A stretch of DNA of 60,931 nt, filler included, from Squatina squatina (GCA_031763465.1; 4 parts of 4 records of this genome joined end to end with filler, not necessarily neighbours in it); one strand, 5' to 3'; positions 25,241 to 38,176 are shown, counted from the first letter of the whole stretch. Numbers and translations are program-made. The notes: generated by a model not told the origin, from the letters alone.

Positions 25241-26025
25241 CAGAGCTGCTGCAGATTCGATGGGCTAAATGGCCTCCTTCTGTGCTGTACGATTCCATGA
25301 TATTCGCTGAACCGTTTGCTCCCGAGTGACCTTGTACGAAGGTCACGGTGCTGGTCCTCCCCGAGGGCATGACTGGGACCCAAAGTGTTGACAGTGAACC
25401 TCAGCTCGCTAGCTTGCTCCCTGCGGCCTCAACAGGATGCTGCCAGTGAGCATGTGTGTTGGTGCAAGGTGCATATCTGGCTCCTTCATTGTGAAGTAGT
25501 TCCTGCTCAGCGAGCTGTCACTTGAACTTTCCTGCTGCCTTTTCCCGTTATTGTTTTGTTAATAGCGCTATTGAAAAGCTCGATTGGCTGAACACTTCAC
25601 ACATCTGCAATCCAGGACATCCAGATTGGCGTCCGCCCATGATTGTTTCCAAGCCCTCTCGGAGCAGAGCATCTGCCTCACGTCGCTGGGCTTTCCTGTC
25701 GAATATTCCCACAATGTGGGTTGCTTACTGCCTCAAACGGTACATCCAATCACACCGGCAAAAGGGGCTTTGCTCCATTGTATTCCAAACAATGGTCTTT
25801 CATCCCATTACTTTTTGTACAGCACCTTTCACACCCTCAGGATATCACAAGCCCTTTGGAGCCAATGAAGCACTTTTGAAGTGTGGTCGCTGTTGTAATT
25901 TACTCAAGAGAGTTGTGAAGCTGTGGAGCTCCCCACCCCAGAGGACTGTGGATGCTGAGTCATTGAGTATATTCAAGACAGAGATTGCTAGATTTTCGGA
26001 GACTAAGGGAATCAAGGGATAGTGC

Positions 26026-26476
26026 TAGGGTGACCAGACGCCCGGTTTTTGAGAAAACGTTCCGGTGTCCCAAACCTTTACCTCAAAATTGCTCAATTGT
26101 CCCAGTTTTTTGTGCCCACTTGACTGTGCCTGCGCAGCCCCGGCGGAGAACAGACTGCACATACGCAGTCCCGGCGGATAACAGACTGCACGTACGCAGT
26201 CCCGGCGGAGAACAGACTGCACGTACGCAGTCCCGGCGGAGAACAGACTGCACCTACGCAGTCCCGGCGGAGAACAGACTGCACGTACGCAGTCCTGGCA
26301 GAAACAGACTGCATGTACGCAGCCCCAGCGGAGAACAGACTGCACCTACGCAGCCCCGGTGGAGAACAGACAGGAGAACAGACTGCACGTATGCAGTCCT
26401 GGCGGAGAACGGACTGTACATACGCATGCACAGATCGATTGACCCAGCTTGCCACTGTTCAGATCTAGTCACCCTA
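26026..26476. mobile_element. Complete 451-bp non-autonomous hAT-type DNA transposon (MITE)
   Basis: TIRs TAGGGTGACCAGA and TCTAGTCACCCTA; perfect 8-bp TSD GATAGTGC at 26018-26025 and 26477-26484. Confidence 0.88.
26130..26428. repeat. 31-bp minisatellite (cccggcggagaacagactgcacgtacgcagt), about 9-10 copies
   Basis: Units start at 26201, 26232 and 26263; near-identical with no spacers. Confidence 0.92.
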
Positions 26477-26816
26477 GATAGTGCGGGAAAGTGGAGTTGA
26501 GGTAGAAGATCAGCCATGATCTCATTGAATGGTGGAGCAGGCTCGAGGGGCCGAATGGCCGACTCCCGCTCCAAGTTCTTATGTTGCTTTAAGATGCACC
26601 TTAGAACGTACCTCTTTGGCTGAGCTTCTGGCCACCTGTCCTAATATCTTCTTATATGGCTCGGTGTCATAATTTAATCTGATGTACGTTCCTTGGAAAC
26701 GCCTCGAGAGGTTTTACTATGTTAAAGACGCTATATAAATGAAAGTTGTTGTTGATTGTTTATTTTTGTTTGTATCTAACTCTAGGTTTGCCTAACGTCG
26801 CCTGACAGAAGGACAC

Positions 26817-27538
26817 ATGGCGGGAAACACAGCGACAACAGGCAATCCATCCTCTGCTGCGGATCGAGTCCACGTCGGACCCCTGGTCAAGATCTCACTG
26901 GTCAAGGCCCATTCCCTGGACCGGCTGAGGAGGAAGAAGGATGGTGAGCGACTGCTCCGGACTCTCAAGCACTTGATCAAGAAGGAGCGAGTGAGCGTGG
27001 CCCAGCAGCCCGCCTTAGCGAGCGGGGCTGGGCCCTGCCCCCCACCGGGCCTAGTAAGCTTCGACGGCCTGGCCCCGGCCGCCAGCCACCCATGCGACCC
27101 GCTGGGGGCGGCCAAGCTCGACCTGCGGGCCTCCGACCCCCTGGGGCAGGCCTCGCCTCCCCCAGGCTGGGACGCGCCCTCGGCCGAGACAGGGGAGGTG
27201 GAGCTGAGGGAGGCCGAGGCCCTGGGCCGGGCTCCCTCGGCCCGCGAGGCCCCGGCCTTGAGCGAGGAGGAGATGAGCCTGGACCACCTGCTGGACGTCC
27301 TGACCCAACTGCAGTACCACACGCACCAGGAGGAGGGCCGCTGGATCTGCTGCCAGTTCCTGGCGGGGGTCTGCCCCCATGGCGACTGCTGCCCCCGCCA
27401 CCACACCGCCCTCCCCTATCACTGGCAGCTGAGGCGGGCCGAGAGCCGGAGGTGGGAGAGCGTGCAGGAGGATGCCCAGGAGACGCTGGAGCGCATGTAC
27501 GGTGACCCGGACCAGGAGAAGATCACCCGTCACTACAG
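26817..27538 (+). CDS. TIPARP: TIPARP/PARP7-like mono-ADP-ribosyltransferase, first coding exon (N-terminus, CCCH zinc finger, start of WWE-like region)
   Basis: SLDHLLDVLTQLQYHTHQEEGRWICCQFLAGVCPHGDCCPRHHTALPYHWQ matches the TIPARP QLQYHTHQE...C-x7-C-x5-C-x3-H...LPYHWQ pattern. Acceptor tctag ends at 26785; donor AG|gtgggt at 27538. Ortholog versus paralog is unresolved. Confidence 0.82.
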
Positions 27539-27709
27539 GTGGGTTCAGAGGCACTGAGTTTATGATCTTACCCCAATGTGCGCAATTGTTCCACGCCCAA
27601 ATGTCTCGGGAGATTACTCAGCTCCAGTTCGGCTCCTGTGCCACCCTTATAATGGGAGCTGTGTCCACAGACAGGCCTGGGCGACTCGTAACAGCAGAGA
27701 GCCTTGTCT

Positions 27710-28100
27710 CAAGTGTCAACCTTGGCTTGGTGCGATAGCATCCTTGCCTCTGAGTCAGAAGGTCGTCGATTCAAGTCCCCACCCCAGAGACACGAGCCCA
27801 TAATCCAGGCCGAAACTCCCAGTGCCAGTGCAGAGGGAGCGCCGCACTGTCGGAGGTGCCGTCTTTCAGATGAGGCATGAAACCGAGGGCCCCCGTCTGC
27901 TCTCTTGAGTGGGCGTAAAACATCCCATGGCTGCTATTTCGAAGAAGAGCAGTGGGGGGAGTTCTCCCCGGTGTCCCAGAGCCCACATTTATCCCTCAAC
28001 CAACATCACTAAAACCGATGATCTGGGTCATTATCACATTGCTGCTTGTGGGAGCTTGCTGTGTGCAAATTGGCTGCCACGTTTCCCACATTACAACAGT
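27710..28100 (+). mobile_element. Deu-domain SINE
   Basis: tRNA-like head (gattcaagtccc) plus the Deu core, as in the other copies. Confidence 0.82.
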
Positions 28101-28200
28101 NNNNNNNNNNNNNNNNNNNNNNNNNNNNNNNNNNNNNNNNNNNNNNNNNNNNNNNNNNNNNNNNNNNNNNNNNNNNNNNNNNNNNNNNNNNNNNNNNNNN

Positions 28201-28420
28201 TGTCGGACAAGCAGTCTGACAATTTAGAGACCATGGAGGGCTGGAGAGAAGGGGGTGTGAGGTAGAGCTGGGTGTCATCAGTGTACATGTGGAGGCTGAG
28301 GCTGTGTTTTCGGATGATGTCACCAAGGGGTAACATGTAGATGAGAAATAGGAGGGGGCCGAGGATAGATCATTGGGGGACACCAGAGGTAATGGTGCTA
28401 GAGCGGGGAGAGAAGCCATC
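28201..28420 (-). mobile_element. L2-clade LINE RT fragment
   Basis: LPLGDIIRKHSLSLHMYTDDTQLYL (YADD-type motif). Confidence 0.75.
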
Positions 28421-28424
28421 ATCG

Positions 28425-28820
28425 AATCAAAGAATCATAGAATGGTTACAGCATGGAAGAAGGCTATTCATCCCAACGCACCCGTGCTGGCACTTTGAGC
28501 TAGTCCCACTCTCCCGCCCTTTCTCCATAGCCCTGCAAATTTTTTTCTTTCAGGTACTTATCCAACTCCCTTTTGGAAGCAGTGATTGAGTCTGCCTCCA
28601 CCACCCTTTCAGATCCCAACTACTCCCTGTGCAAAAAAGTTTTTTTTTCTCATATGGCCTTTGACTCTTTAGCCAATCATCTTAAACCGTCTCCTCTGGT
28701 TCTCGACTCTTCCGCCAATGGGAACAGTTTCTCTCTCTCTACTCTAGCCAGACCCCTCATGATTTTGAACACCTCTCAATCTTCTCTGCTCCAAGGAGAA
28801 CAACCCCAGCTTCTCCAGTT
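28425..28820 (-). mobile_element. CR1 LINE 3' end
   Basis: agaatcatagaatggttacagc tail; antisense to the 23655-24392 type. Confidence 0.78.
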
Positions 28821-31541
28821 GTTATTGAAACTGGTGGATTTCTCTTTCCATTGAAATGAATGTAAAGGAAAAGCTGTCTATTTCTATAAACAGATGACCT
28901 ATCTGCAATACTAGCTTTACGCTCGGGCAGTAAGAGGAAAATTACCCCGAGTGTAGGAAAAGCAATGGGCGGAATGTTCAACTACTGCAGTATGGGAATG
29001 GCCTCAATATAGAGTCAATCGACTTACTGTCCCTTTATCGTGCCCGCTCTGTCCACCACCATTTTTACCGGTGGTCTGCCACTGGCGGGGTGGTTGCCAT
29101 GCTCTGCTGGAATGACTGGGCAATTGGTGACTCTGTCAAAATTGTCAATGATTCAGCAGAATGGCCGGGCAATTGCCGCGCTCTGCAGGTGAGCCATCCA
29201 CAAGTTAAAATCAACCTCAATGAGCACAATGCTTCTGAAAGGATTACGTGTCAAAGAGAGATATTCTCAGCAAACAGGCTTTCACTAAAAGTTAATACTC
29301 TAAGTACTGGTATTCCTTGACTTTATGATTCGATCAGAGCACAACTGCACCTGACATTTGGATAAGGTGAGTAATAACTTGTAGACATATTGATTTACCA
29401 AGAATTACATAGAACTATATCATATAGCACAGAAACTGTTCATTCAGCCCATCCAGTCCATGCCGGAATTTATGCTCCACTCGAGCCTCCTCCCATTCTT
29501 CCTCATCTAATTCTATCAGCGTAACCCTCTATTGCTTNNNNNNNNNNGCTTTCTCCTTCATATACTTATCTAGCCTCCATTAAATGCATCTATATTATTC
29601 ACCTCAACCACCCACTGTGAGAGCGAGTTCCACATTCTCACCAAGAAGCCTCCACAGAATCAAACTCTATCGACACTCTGGGAAATGAACTGATGACGGT
29701 GAATAAAAATGGAAAAACTAATGATTGATAAAAAAAATGATTTAAAACTTGAGTGAGAGGCAACGTTATTGAGAAATGATCAACAAGTGATTCCTAGTTA
29801 CTGTGAAATACTGAGGGAAACTGGTGAAAGAGTAACTAGAAGAGCAGTGAAATCCCAAAGGGTGGTGGTGGGATGGGGGAGTAGAGTGCTTCAGGAACTT
29901 GTGCCATAACCCTTCCTTTACCTGGTATAAAAATGACATGGAATTGCACCATCAATGTCGAGTTTTGAATTCAGAGATGATATCAAGTGAGGAAGATTGG
30001 TGGATTTTTCCAATTGGACTCTCTCCCACAACTCATTATTTGTGTCCACAACATATTGTAGTTTCTATAAGTGGTTTTGCATCCCCTATGATGTAAAACC
30101 ATATATCATGGACAAGAGTAACTTGCCTCAAGATTAACAACTACCCATATACCAATTATTTTGCACTGGAAATTGTATGGCTGCTCACCATGCACCCTTG
30201 TCCTCTCCAAAAGGTGGGAAATACCACAATATCAGAATGTAATATTCTTGCTAAACCTATTGGTCAAATTTATTGATAAATGCTGATTACACAGAAACAA
30301 AATGAATATAGCCGGGTAATCAGTAATGCCTGACTAACATGCTACCTTAAGTGATTTAAAAACATGTTTATCTTTTAGAGTCCTTTTCAAGAATTATTTA
30401 ATAGAGTTTTTGATAATCATATTGCAGGCACTTCTTTGCTCCAGGGAGTCCTGTCTCATCACTGCAACATGGAAGCATATAGTTGAAGCAGGGGAACTGG
30501 GAAGTGATGAAATAAGGAAAACCCCATCTATTATAAAACTTCTCGTGCCTCCACGGCAGAATACAGCTGCCAGGATCAAAAGAATTCAGTCCGACTAGGC
30601 AGGCAATTGTGTTCATAATCCATTCTGCCATTCAGATTGAGGATCACAAATTGCAGCGTTCTAAATCTGATGGATTTTGTCTTTGCTTTTAATGCTGAAC
30701 TTCCTATCAAATAGGAAACACAGAAAGCTAACACACAAGTGCAGTAGGTAATAGGGAAGGCTAATGGAATGTTGGACTTTATTTCAAGGGGGTTGGAGTA
30801 TAGAGGTAAGGAAGTCTTGCTGNNNNNNNNNNNNNNNNNNNNNNNNNNNNNNNNNNNNNNNNNNNNNNNNNNNNNNNNNNNNNNNNNNNNNNNNNNNNNN
30901 NNNNNNNNNNNNNNNNNNNNNNGTCACTGTGGTGAACTCCCTTGTGCAAATGGTAGGGCGATGGGGAAAATAAAGGATGTACCACTCAATTCAACGCGGG
31001 GATGACGCCACATGCCTGCTGGTGATTCAGGAACAGAGCACAAGGGCGGCAACTTCAATCATGTAACAAAAAAAAATTTAATGAAAAAACCATTCTTCAA
31101 AATATTCTTTTAAAACAAAGGATATTAAGTAATAATAGATGTCAGCTGAAACAGATTATTATGCAGACATAATTTAAAGTATACATTTTGTTTTCCTTTT
31201 AAAGCGGTTCTCGCCTCCGACGCCTGCTCGCTGCACTGGCGCTGATCTGGTTAATGCCGTTCCTGGGATCGAAGCAGAACGAGGGGTAGCGCCGACATCC
31301 CAGGTCCCAGTCACGTGTACAAAGCAGATGGCACAAAACTGGCATGTCAGTTCGCCCTCTTCCTTTCCTCTCTTTCCCCCCCACCCCGCCCCACAACATT
31401 GTTGGAATAAACTTCTCTTGCCAACCCCCGCAACAAATTTACCCCTTGGGATGCAGTTCCACGACCGCCCGACAACTAGCCCAGCCCAGAGCACGAGACC
31501 AGGGCCCGAGCATTGGGGGCATATTCAATGGCGCAGGAGAA

Positions 31542-31641
31542 NNNNNNNNNNNNNNNNNNNNNNNNNNNNNNNNNNNNNNNNNNNNTTAATTAATTAANNN
31601 NNNNNNNNNNNNNNNNNNNNNNNNNNNNNNNNNNNNNNNNN
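31542..31641. other. Artificial scaffold-joining linker
   Basis: 44 N + TTAATTAATTAA + 44 N. Confidence 0.95.
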
Positions 31642-32350
31642 GGAGAGGATGGCTTCAATCTTCCTATAGTTTAACTGAAGAAAATTGTGATGCATCAACA
31701 ACTGGATGTCAGACAAGGAGTTTAATAATAGAGGCGCAGTGGAGGGGTTGAGACAGGTGGAGGAGGTAGAGCTGGATGTCGTAAGCGCACATGTGGAAGA
31801 TGATGCCATTGGATCGGTAACAGTGGAACCAAGTCAGGGCAGTCCCACTTCACCTGGACAACAGAGATGGCTTTGGAGGAGGATGATAGGGTTCACTGTC
31901 AAAGGTGGCAGAGAGGTCAATGAGGATTAGACAGGATAATGGTCACAGTCACAGAAGATGTAATTTGTGGCTTTGCTTAGGGCAGTTTCGATACTATGGC
32001 AGGTACAGAAACCTGATTGGAGAGATTCAAATATGGAGTTTACAGGAGAGATGGGCATGCATTAGAAGGCAAATGTTCAAGAACCTGAAAAGAAAGGGGG
32101 AATTGAAGATATGTGCAAGGACAGAGGAGCCTAGGGTTGTTTTTTTGAAGACCTTGCAATGCTGACAGTTTTGAAAGGAACAGAGACAGTACCAGAGGAC
32201 AGGGAACCACTTACATTAGCATAGAGGCCAGGAGATGGGTATGCTGGACAAGATGAGCTCAGAGAGGGCACGAGAGGAGATAAGAAAGAAACTAAAGGAA
32301 GACGTGGGCTCAGCTCTAGTTTCAGGAAGTCAGGGTAGAGGTTACACTTA
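31642..32350 (-). mobile_element. Degenerate L2-clade LINE fragment
   Basis: HMCAYDIQLYL...LSDIQLLMHHNFLQLNYRKIEAI RT motifs; purine-rich antisense typical of L2. Confidence 0.65.
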
Positions 32351-35118
32351 GTAGGTAAAGGGAAGGGAAAAATGAGCAGAAGCAGCAGATGGTTGTTGGA
32401 AGCGAGTAGAGGGGGTAGAGGAAAGAGGTTTAAATAGACAGTTGGTTGTGGAGAAATGAAGCTGAAACACTTCCCATTCTGAGGATCTCGTGTCAGCATT
32501 AAGCACTCCCACTAAGCCAGATACGGAGTAAAGCTCTCTCTAATGTGCCTCAGGCCCAATCTCAAACTCAGCTATTTTTCACCTTATGGAAATTATAATA
32601 ATGTTATTCATTGTTACAATCTATAATAGCTGCCATACTTGTATCCATTAACAAAGAACCTACTTTGGTGGTTTGAGGTCCCTGTGGATTAAAGCCTTGG
32701 GTTTCATGCCATGTAGGTACGCCACTCCTTGTGCACACTGTAAACACCAATTCATTGCATGGGCAGCAGTGTAATACGGTAGGGGTTCAGCTCCATGTAG
32801 CACTGTAAATCAACAAGGGCTCATCATGAGACATTACTGAAAGACATTCTTTTCAACCATTTGACAATTTTAATTCAATATTAGAAATTCAGTAAGGTGA
32901 CCTAAATCCAGCCAAGAACGTATAACTACCAATTGAAGTTGACAGCTATAGCAGCAAGCAATTACCTCAAGAATGACAGAAATGGTCAAGTTTGTTTCGA
33001 ATGCCCAAGCCACTACTGTACTCAGAAGGGAACCCGTTTGATATTTATAACATAGAATAATTTACCATGGATATTAATTAGATCAAATAGTATTAAGATG
33101 TTGAAGAAGATAATCAGGGTGTTTCTGGAGAAAGAGACCATCATAGGATATGGTGAAAAAGTGGGAAGACCAAGAAAAAGAGAGCAGGCTTGTTCGGAAA
33201 ATTGGCTTTTCCTGTTTCTGAAATGGTTCTGTAATATTTTTAGTCTCCTTCTGAAAAACCTAAGTTAAAGCCTATCCCTTGCATCAAATATATCTGCTAA
33301 TCTGGTAACACAATATGCAATTCTTGTTATAGACCTATTTATCATAATAGATCTTCTCCCGTTGTTCAGTTAATGAGGTCATACAAGTTTGTTCTTTAAA
33401 TCTACTACAGTTATTACACAGAATACTGTAGAAGACTGAAGGCGCTTTCACATTTAAGCCTGCAATCAATGGCAAATGTGCTGCTCTCTCCTTGCCAGCT
33501 GTGGCTTTTAATAGAAATTTGCCAAGTTATACCTTGTCCTGTAAGCAGTGGGGGACCATATTTTTGCCAACTCAGTTTCTACTTGGTGCGTGATGGAGAA
33601 CAACCATGGATGGAAGTGTAAAAAGGGTGGTGTGTGGGCCTCGGAGGCCATTATTGTGTCCCTGTCTCAAAAGCGGCACCAAACTTTAAACGTGTCTAAC
33701 AATATTACTGTAATTTAACTAGATTAAGCTCTTTAAAGTGGACAGAATCCCCTGGAAGACAGTACAATGACAGCTGCCCCGGCCTATACGAGATCTATCT
33801 GAACATAAAGCCTGAAGAAACTTGCTTGACCTGGAGATATTAGAGAAGAGCTGCATTTTCTCTTTGGTTTTACCTGCCTCACAAACCATTATCTGGCTTT
33901 CTTTATCCCACGTGAAGCCAGCAGTAGGGCTTTTGCAAGTTCAATACTGGATATAAGCTGTAGGCCTGGAATGTCCTCTTTGAGCGCAGCCCGGAAGTTA
34001 AGACCCGAAAATGTGCTCAATAATGCTCTCATTCTGCTGGTCAACATATACCATAATATCCACCCAATCTATCAGAATACATCCCAACTAAAAATGGGCA
34101 CAAGTGGGCCTAAATCAGTGTAAATAATCAGAACCTAAGGAAAATGCCAACCCATATCAGTATATTTCTTCTTTGAGTATTCAAATTTAAATTTCAACTC
34201 ATTTAACCATCATTCATCCAGGTCAAGCATAGCATGTTTAAGAACCTGCAATTGGGGAAACTTTGCAATTGTAACTTGTACTTAGGGCATAAAAATGAAT
34301 TAAAAGCAGAACACACAGCAGGTCTCAGTCAGGATATATATATATTTTTTTTTAAAAAGCGCTCAAAAATTGTAATTAAAAAACTAGAAAAATGATTTTG
34401 TTTCCTGCTGCACCTGAAATTCTGGTCATAATCAGCAACCCCCATCCACCAAGAGCAATTGGGGAATACTCACATTTGAGGGTCAGGGCATGGCCAGTTG
34501 TGTGAACGAAGATTCATTTGGCAGAGGCTTTCATGGACAGATGTAAAAGATTGAGGAAACTTGGATGTATTGCAGTTACGCACATAACTCACCTATGCCC
34601 CAAAATTCCACCATCTTTTAAACCGAGATTGCGGGTGTATGTGGGTGCAAATGCAGAAAAAACTCCAGGCTTCAATAGCTATTCGCAACATACTTTGAAG
34701 TATTTAACACACATTAATTAATTTTACATCTCTAACTGCAGAAATATCATTTATTTTTAGCCTAATTTTATGAGGCTCTGTTGTTGGCACGGANNNNNNN
34801 NNNNNNNNNNNNNNNNNNNNNNNNNNNNNNNNNNNNNNNNNNNNNNNNNNNNNNNNNNNNNNNNNNNNNNNNNNNNNNNNNNNNNNNNNNNNNCAGATCG
34901 CAAGTTCCGGATCTCTGGGCATGCGCAGTGCAGCCCGAGATTCGGAACTTGCGAGGTCTCCCCGGGTTTGTGGGAACACATACCCACCTGGGGGAATTGC
35001 AGTTTCAGGGCCCATATCTCAAAAACAAAAATATAAAGCACTGTATTTTGATCAAACAATAGTTATGTACAATTAGGTTACACAGCCTGAAATGATGGGT
35101 AGGATTTGAATTACATAC

Positions 35119-35184
35119 TGGATTTAGACAGGCTCCATACAGTTTGACAATATTGGGATGCGTTACACGTGACAACTGCCGAAG
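35119..35184 (-). CDS. MAP3K7: MAP3K7/TAK1 kinase-domain exon ([22 protein letters not shown])
   Basis: Near-identical to TAK1 exon 3; 66 nt, ttacag and gtatgt boundaries. Confidence 0.92.
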
Positions 35185-36124
35185 CTGTAACAGAAAAGAG
35201 AAAAAAATGTTATGAAAACAAAATAAAAGGTTGAGGCACAAACCTATGCAGTGGAACTTCCAGTGGCTGCTGCAGTGGGAGGATACCCTGCCCACAAAGT
35301 AGAGAAAGGAAATTAACAGATAATCAAAAGTCCCCAAATGTGGTGTTATACACATGGTACAGCAAGACCCTACACATGAGAATGAAGACAAATACAATAT
35401 AAATAAGTGAAGCTGAATTTAATCTTTCTTGGTCTTTTAAGATCAATTTATGCTAGACAGGAAAAGATGGGAGTGAGTGGGCTGTGTAGTGAGGCAACGT
35501 TTTTGCCTGTAAAAATCTGTTGGATAGTCAGGAAGGCAAATATTCAAGGTTCCACTACATTCTTGTTTGTAATGATACTTTAATCTTGTGTAATTCGCAA
35601 AACTATAAATCTACTCCATAGCATGGTCATGAAAGGGATGTGTAGAACACATGCTGGTGAAAAATTAACCTGGAATAAAATGTCACATCAGTCTGAGTTT
35701 TGTAAGGCATAGGGCTACATATATCCTAATCCCCTTCTCATGCTGGTTAACAGAAACCCTTACATAATTAAAGCTCCAACTAAAATTAAATTTTAAAAAC
35801 TTCAGATATAAAGCAAACATCGCACCAAAAGGATAAATTTCTGCACTGCTAATTATCTACCTCTAATTTAGTTTTCCTAATTATGTGAAGTAAAAGCAAC
35901 TTCCACGTACAAATCAGAACTTGCAACATCCCACCTGACCTGACCATGTGATCAGAATCCCACATCAGCAGACCCTCAGACTCTCCCAAGAAAATTACTT
36001 ATAAAAGTTTCCTGGAAGTTTCATTAAAAGGCAGGGTACAGACACCTGACATGAGGCCAAATATGGTCTTGTCATTCTCTGCTTACAACTGTTAGCAGCC
36101 AGGCTCATCTTTGCCTATGTCTCT

Positions 36125-36390
36125 TAGATAGGAGAGTGTATATGGATGTGATATGTATGGATTTCCAGAAAGCATCTGATATCACACCAGACATTAGCAG
36201 CAAAAATAAGAGCACATGGAATTGGAGTTAACCTTTTGACATAGCGTCAGACCCCATCTGGAGTTTTGCATTCACTTTTGGGCACCGCATCTCAGTAAGG
36301 ATATATTGGACTTGGAGGGGTGCAGCACAGGTTCACCAGAATGATATCGGGGCTTAGAGGGTTAAATACGAGGACAGGTTGCACGAACCT
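36125..36390 (+). mobile_element. CR1 fragments
   Basis: MDFQKAS and VQHRFTRMISGLRGLN motifs. Confidence 0.65.
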
Positions 36391-36499
36391 NNNNNNNNNN
36401 NNNNNNNNNNNNNNNNNNNNNNNNNNNNNNNNNNNNNNNNNNNNNNNNNNNNNNNNNNNNNNNNNNNNNNNNNNNNNNNNNNNNNNNNNNAATTACATG

Positions 36500-37480
36500 T
36501 GCACGCAGATAGGCAGTAATGATAATGTGTATATGGAAATCCTGCAGAAGGGCTTTCATACAAGGCTGCCTCTCCTCTTTAGTGCTGTGCCACTTCTTGC
36601 AAATAGTTGTACGTCAAACAAATTGGGCCACGACAGCATGTTTCAAGTCCTCAGCCAGCATGCTGAAGTTGATCATATTTTGTTTGTGGAGTGCCCTTGA
36701 ACAGTTCTTGCTGCCTGTCATTCTTAGACTTTACATGAACTTGCTATAAAAGATATTTTTTTGGTCCCAATCCTTGTCTATTCGCAATACATGACCAATC
36801 TAGCACAAGCCTATATCTACATTGCTCAATGCGAATTATGTTTTCCTAGTCATAATCTTAATATTAGGTGCTTTGACCTGTAATTAGGTGTTCTGGATGG
36901 TCCACAGGTGCATGTGGAACCTGCTGAGTTCTTTGATAAGCTTTCTATATCAGGTTCAAGACTCTCAGTCGTACAATACGATGTAAATGAAGGCTGATTA
37001 ATAGATTGACTAAACACCAACTTCCTGAGACTTTTGAAGGACATACTCATATTCTGATGCAGTTGGTGACTTCTTGGTGTAGCCACTATCGAGGAGGTCA
37101 ATGCAACAGGATTCTATTAATAACAATTCTCAGTGGGACACAGGTTTTGGGTGATGTATATCCTTCCTCAGTTTTCTTGCGGCTGACTGCTGCACAGCAA
37201 TGGGTGGTGACTGTGGCAAATCAATGAGTCGAAGCGCTTCATTCGTCTCTGTGTACTTTGAGACCAGCATTGGAATGCCGATCCTTCACACTAATACACA
37301 CGTGAGCTTTGAAAACTTTTCTGATGAATGTGAACATCTTACTTGAGCGTACTCGTCAAAAATGGCACTGCGAATGTCATCTTGCTTGCAACTGATGACC
37401 AGGAAACCAAGCTTGGATAGTAGCTTCTAAAGCCTAAACTGCTGACAATGTCAAAGGCCTTTGTGCTTGTTGACCTCAAG
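36500..37480 (-). mobile_element. Old RTE-like LINE 3' portion
   Basis: Decayed FHMH...KAPNIKI and LDWSCIA/GHVLRI-like segments with many stops. Confidence 0.5.
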
Positions 37481-38051
37481 AGTATAGATCCCCATTCTGA
37501 TCCTGCCACGCTGCAAAAACTATGCCAATTGTAACTCACTTTGCATGGAGCTGGTGCTATTAATATCACAGAAACCTCAATGTTGTTTTAGTTATATGAT
37601 AACTTAGGGAAGAAACCTCAACTGCACAAGAGACGGAGAAATGTTTATAAATAGAAAGTATGCAGAACTTTATGAAAGTGGTGTAGAAGTTAAATACTTT
37701 ATTCATTTCAGAACTCAGCCATTTTATAGTGAGGGTAGCAAGAGATTAATAAGCTACAAAACAAGAATTAATTGTTTAGGATTATCTATTGTTAAACATA
37801 AATTTACAGTATATTTCAAATAACAACCATCACCAATTGAATAATTCTGGAACAAAAGCTATGGCTGGCCTTTGACCAAAAAAAAGCAAAGAAAACCTAG
37901 AGATGTAGACAAAATCACAAATGGTCAGAGGGAAAAGATAACTTAATATGTCTGATGCTCTGGCTGAGAATTTTACTAAATGTTTAAGTTTGTATTTGTG
38001 TTGTATGTGTTTGTTTCAACCCAGCTCCTCCTCTCCCAAACATGGGCTTAC

Positions 38052-38176
38052 CAATGATGTCAGCATAGACTTCCATTTGATTATGTTGCTGTGCGAGCTG
38101 AAAGGCTTCATCATTACACTTAGACATCACCAGGAACTGGATGGCAGAGCCATAGTCACCAAGATGCAGGAAGAAC
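38052..38176 (-). CDS. WDR19: WDR19/IFT144 internal exon ([42 protein letters not shown])
   Basis: Matches WDR19 [42 protein letters not shown]; ttttag and gtaagc boundaries. Confidence 0.88.

Larger units (their letters stand above)
25900..26585 (+). mobile_element. CR1 3' end interrupted by a hAT MITE
   Basis: RVVKLWSSPPQRTVDAESLSIFKTEIARFSETKGIKG; the 3' UTR resumes at 26485 (gggaaagtggagttgaggtagaagatcagccatgatc). Confidence 0.8.

Noticed and set aside
26130-26428. Regular repeats of about 31 bp resembling a CRISPR array, with repetitive ORFs over them
   Set aside because: No unique spacers, no cas genes, vertebrate context; it is a minisatellite inside a MITE
26792-27554. Long antisense and alternative-frame ORFs over the TIPARP-like exon
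   Set aside because: Expected from high GC and scarce stop codons; no recognisable motifs
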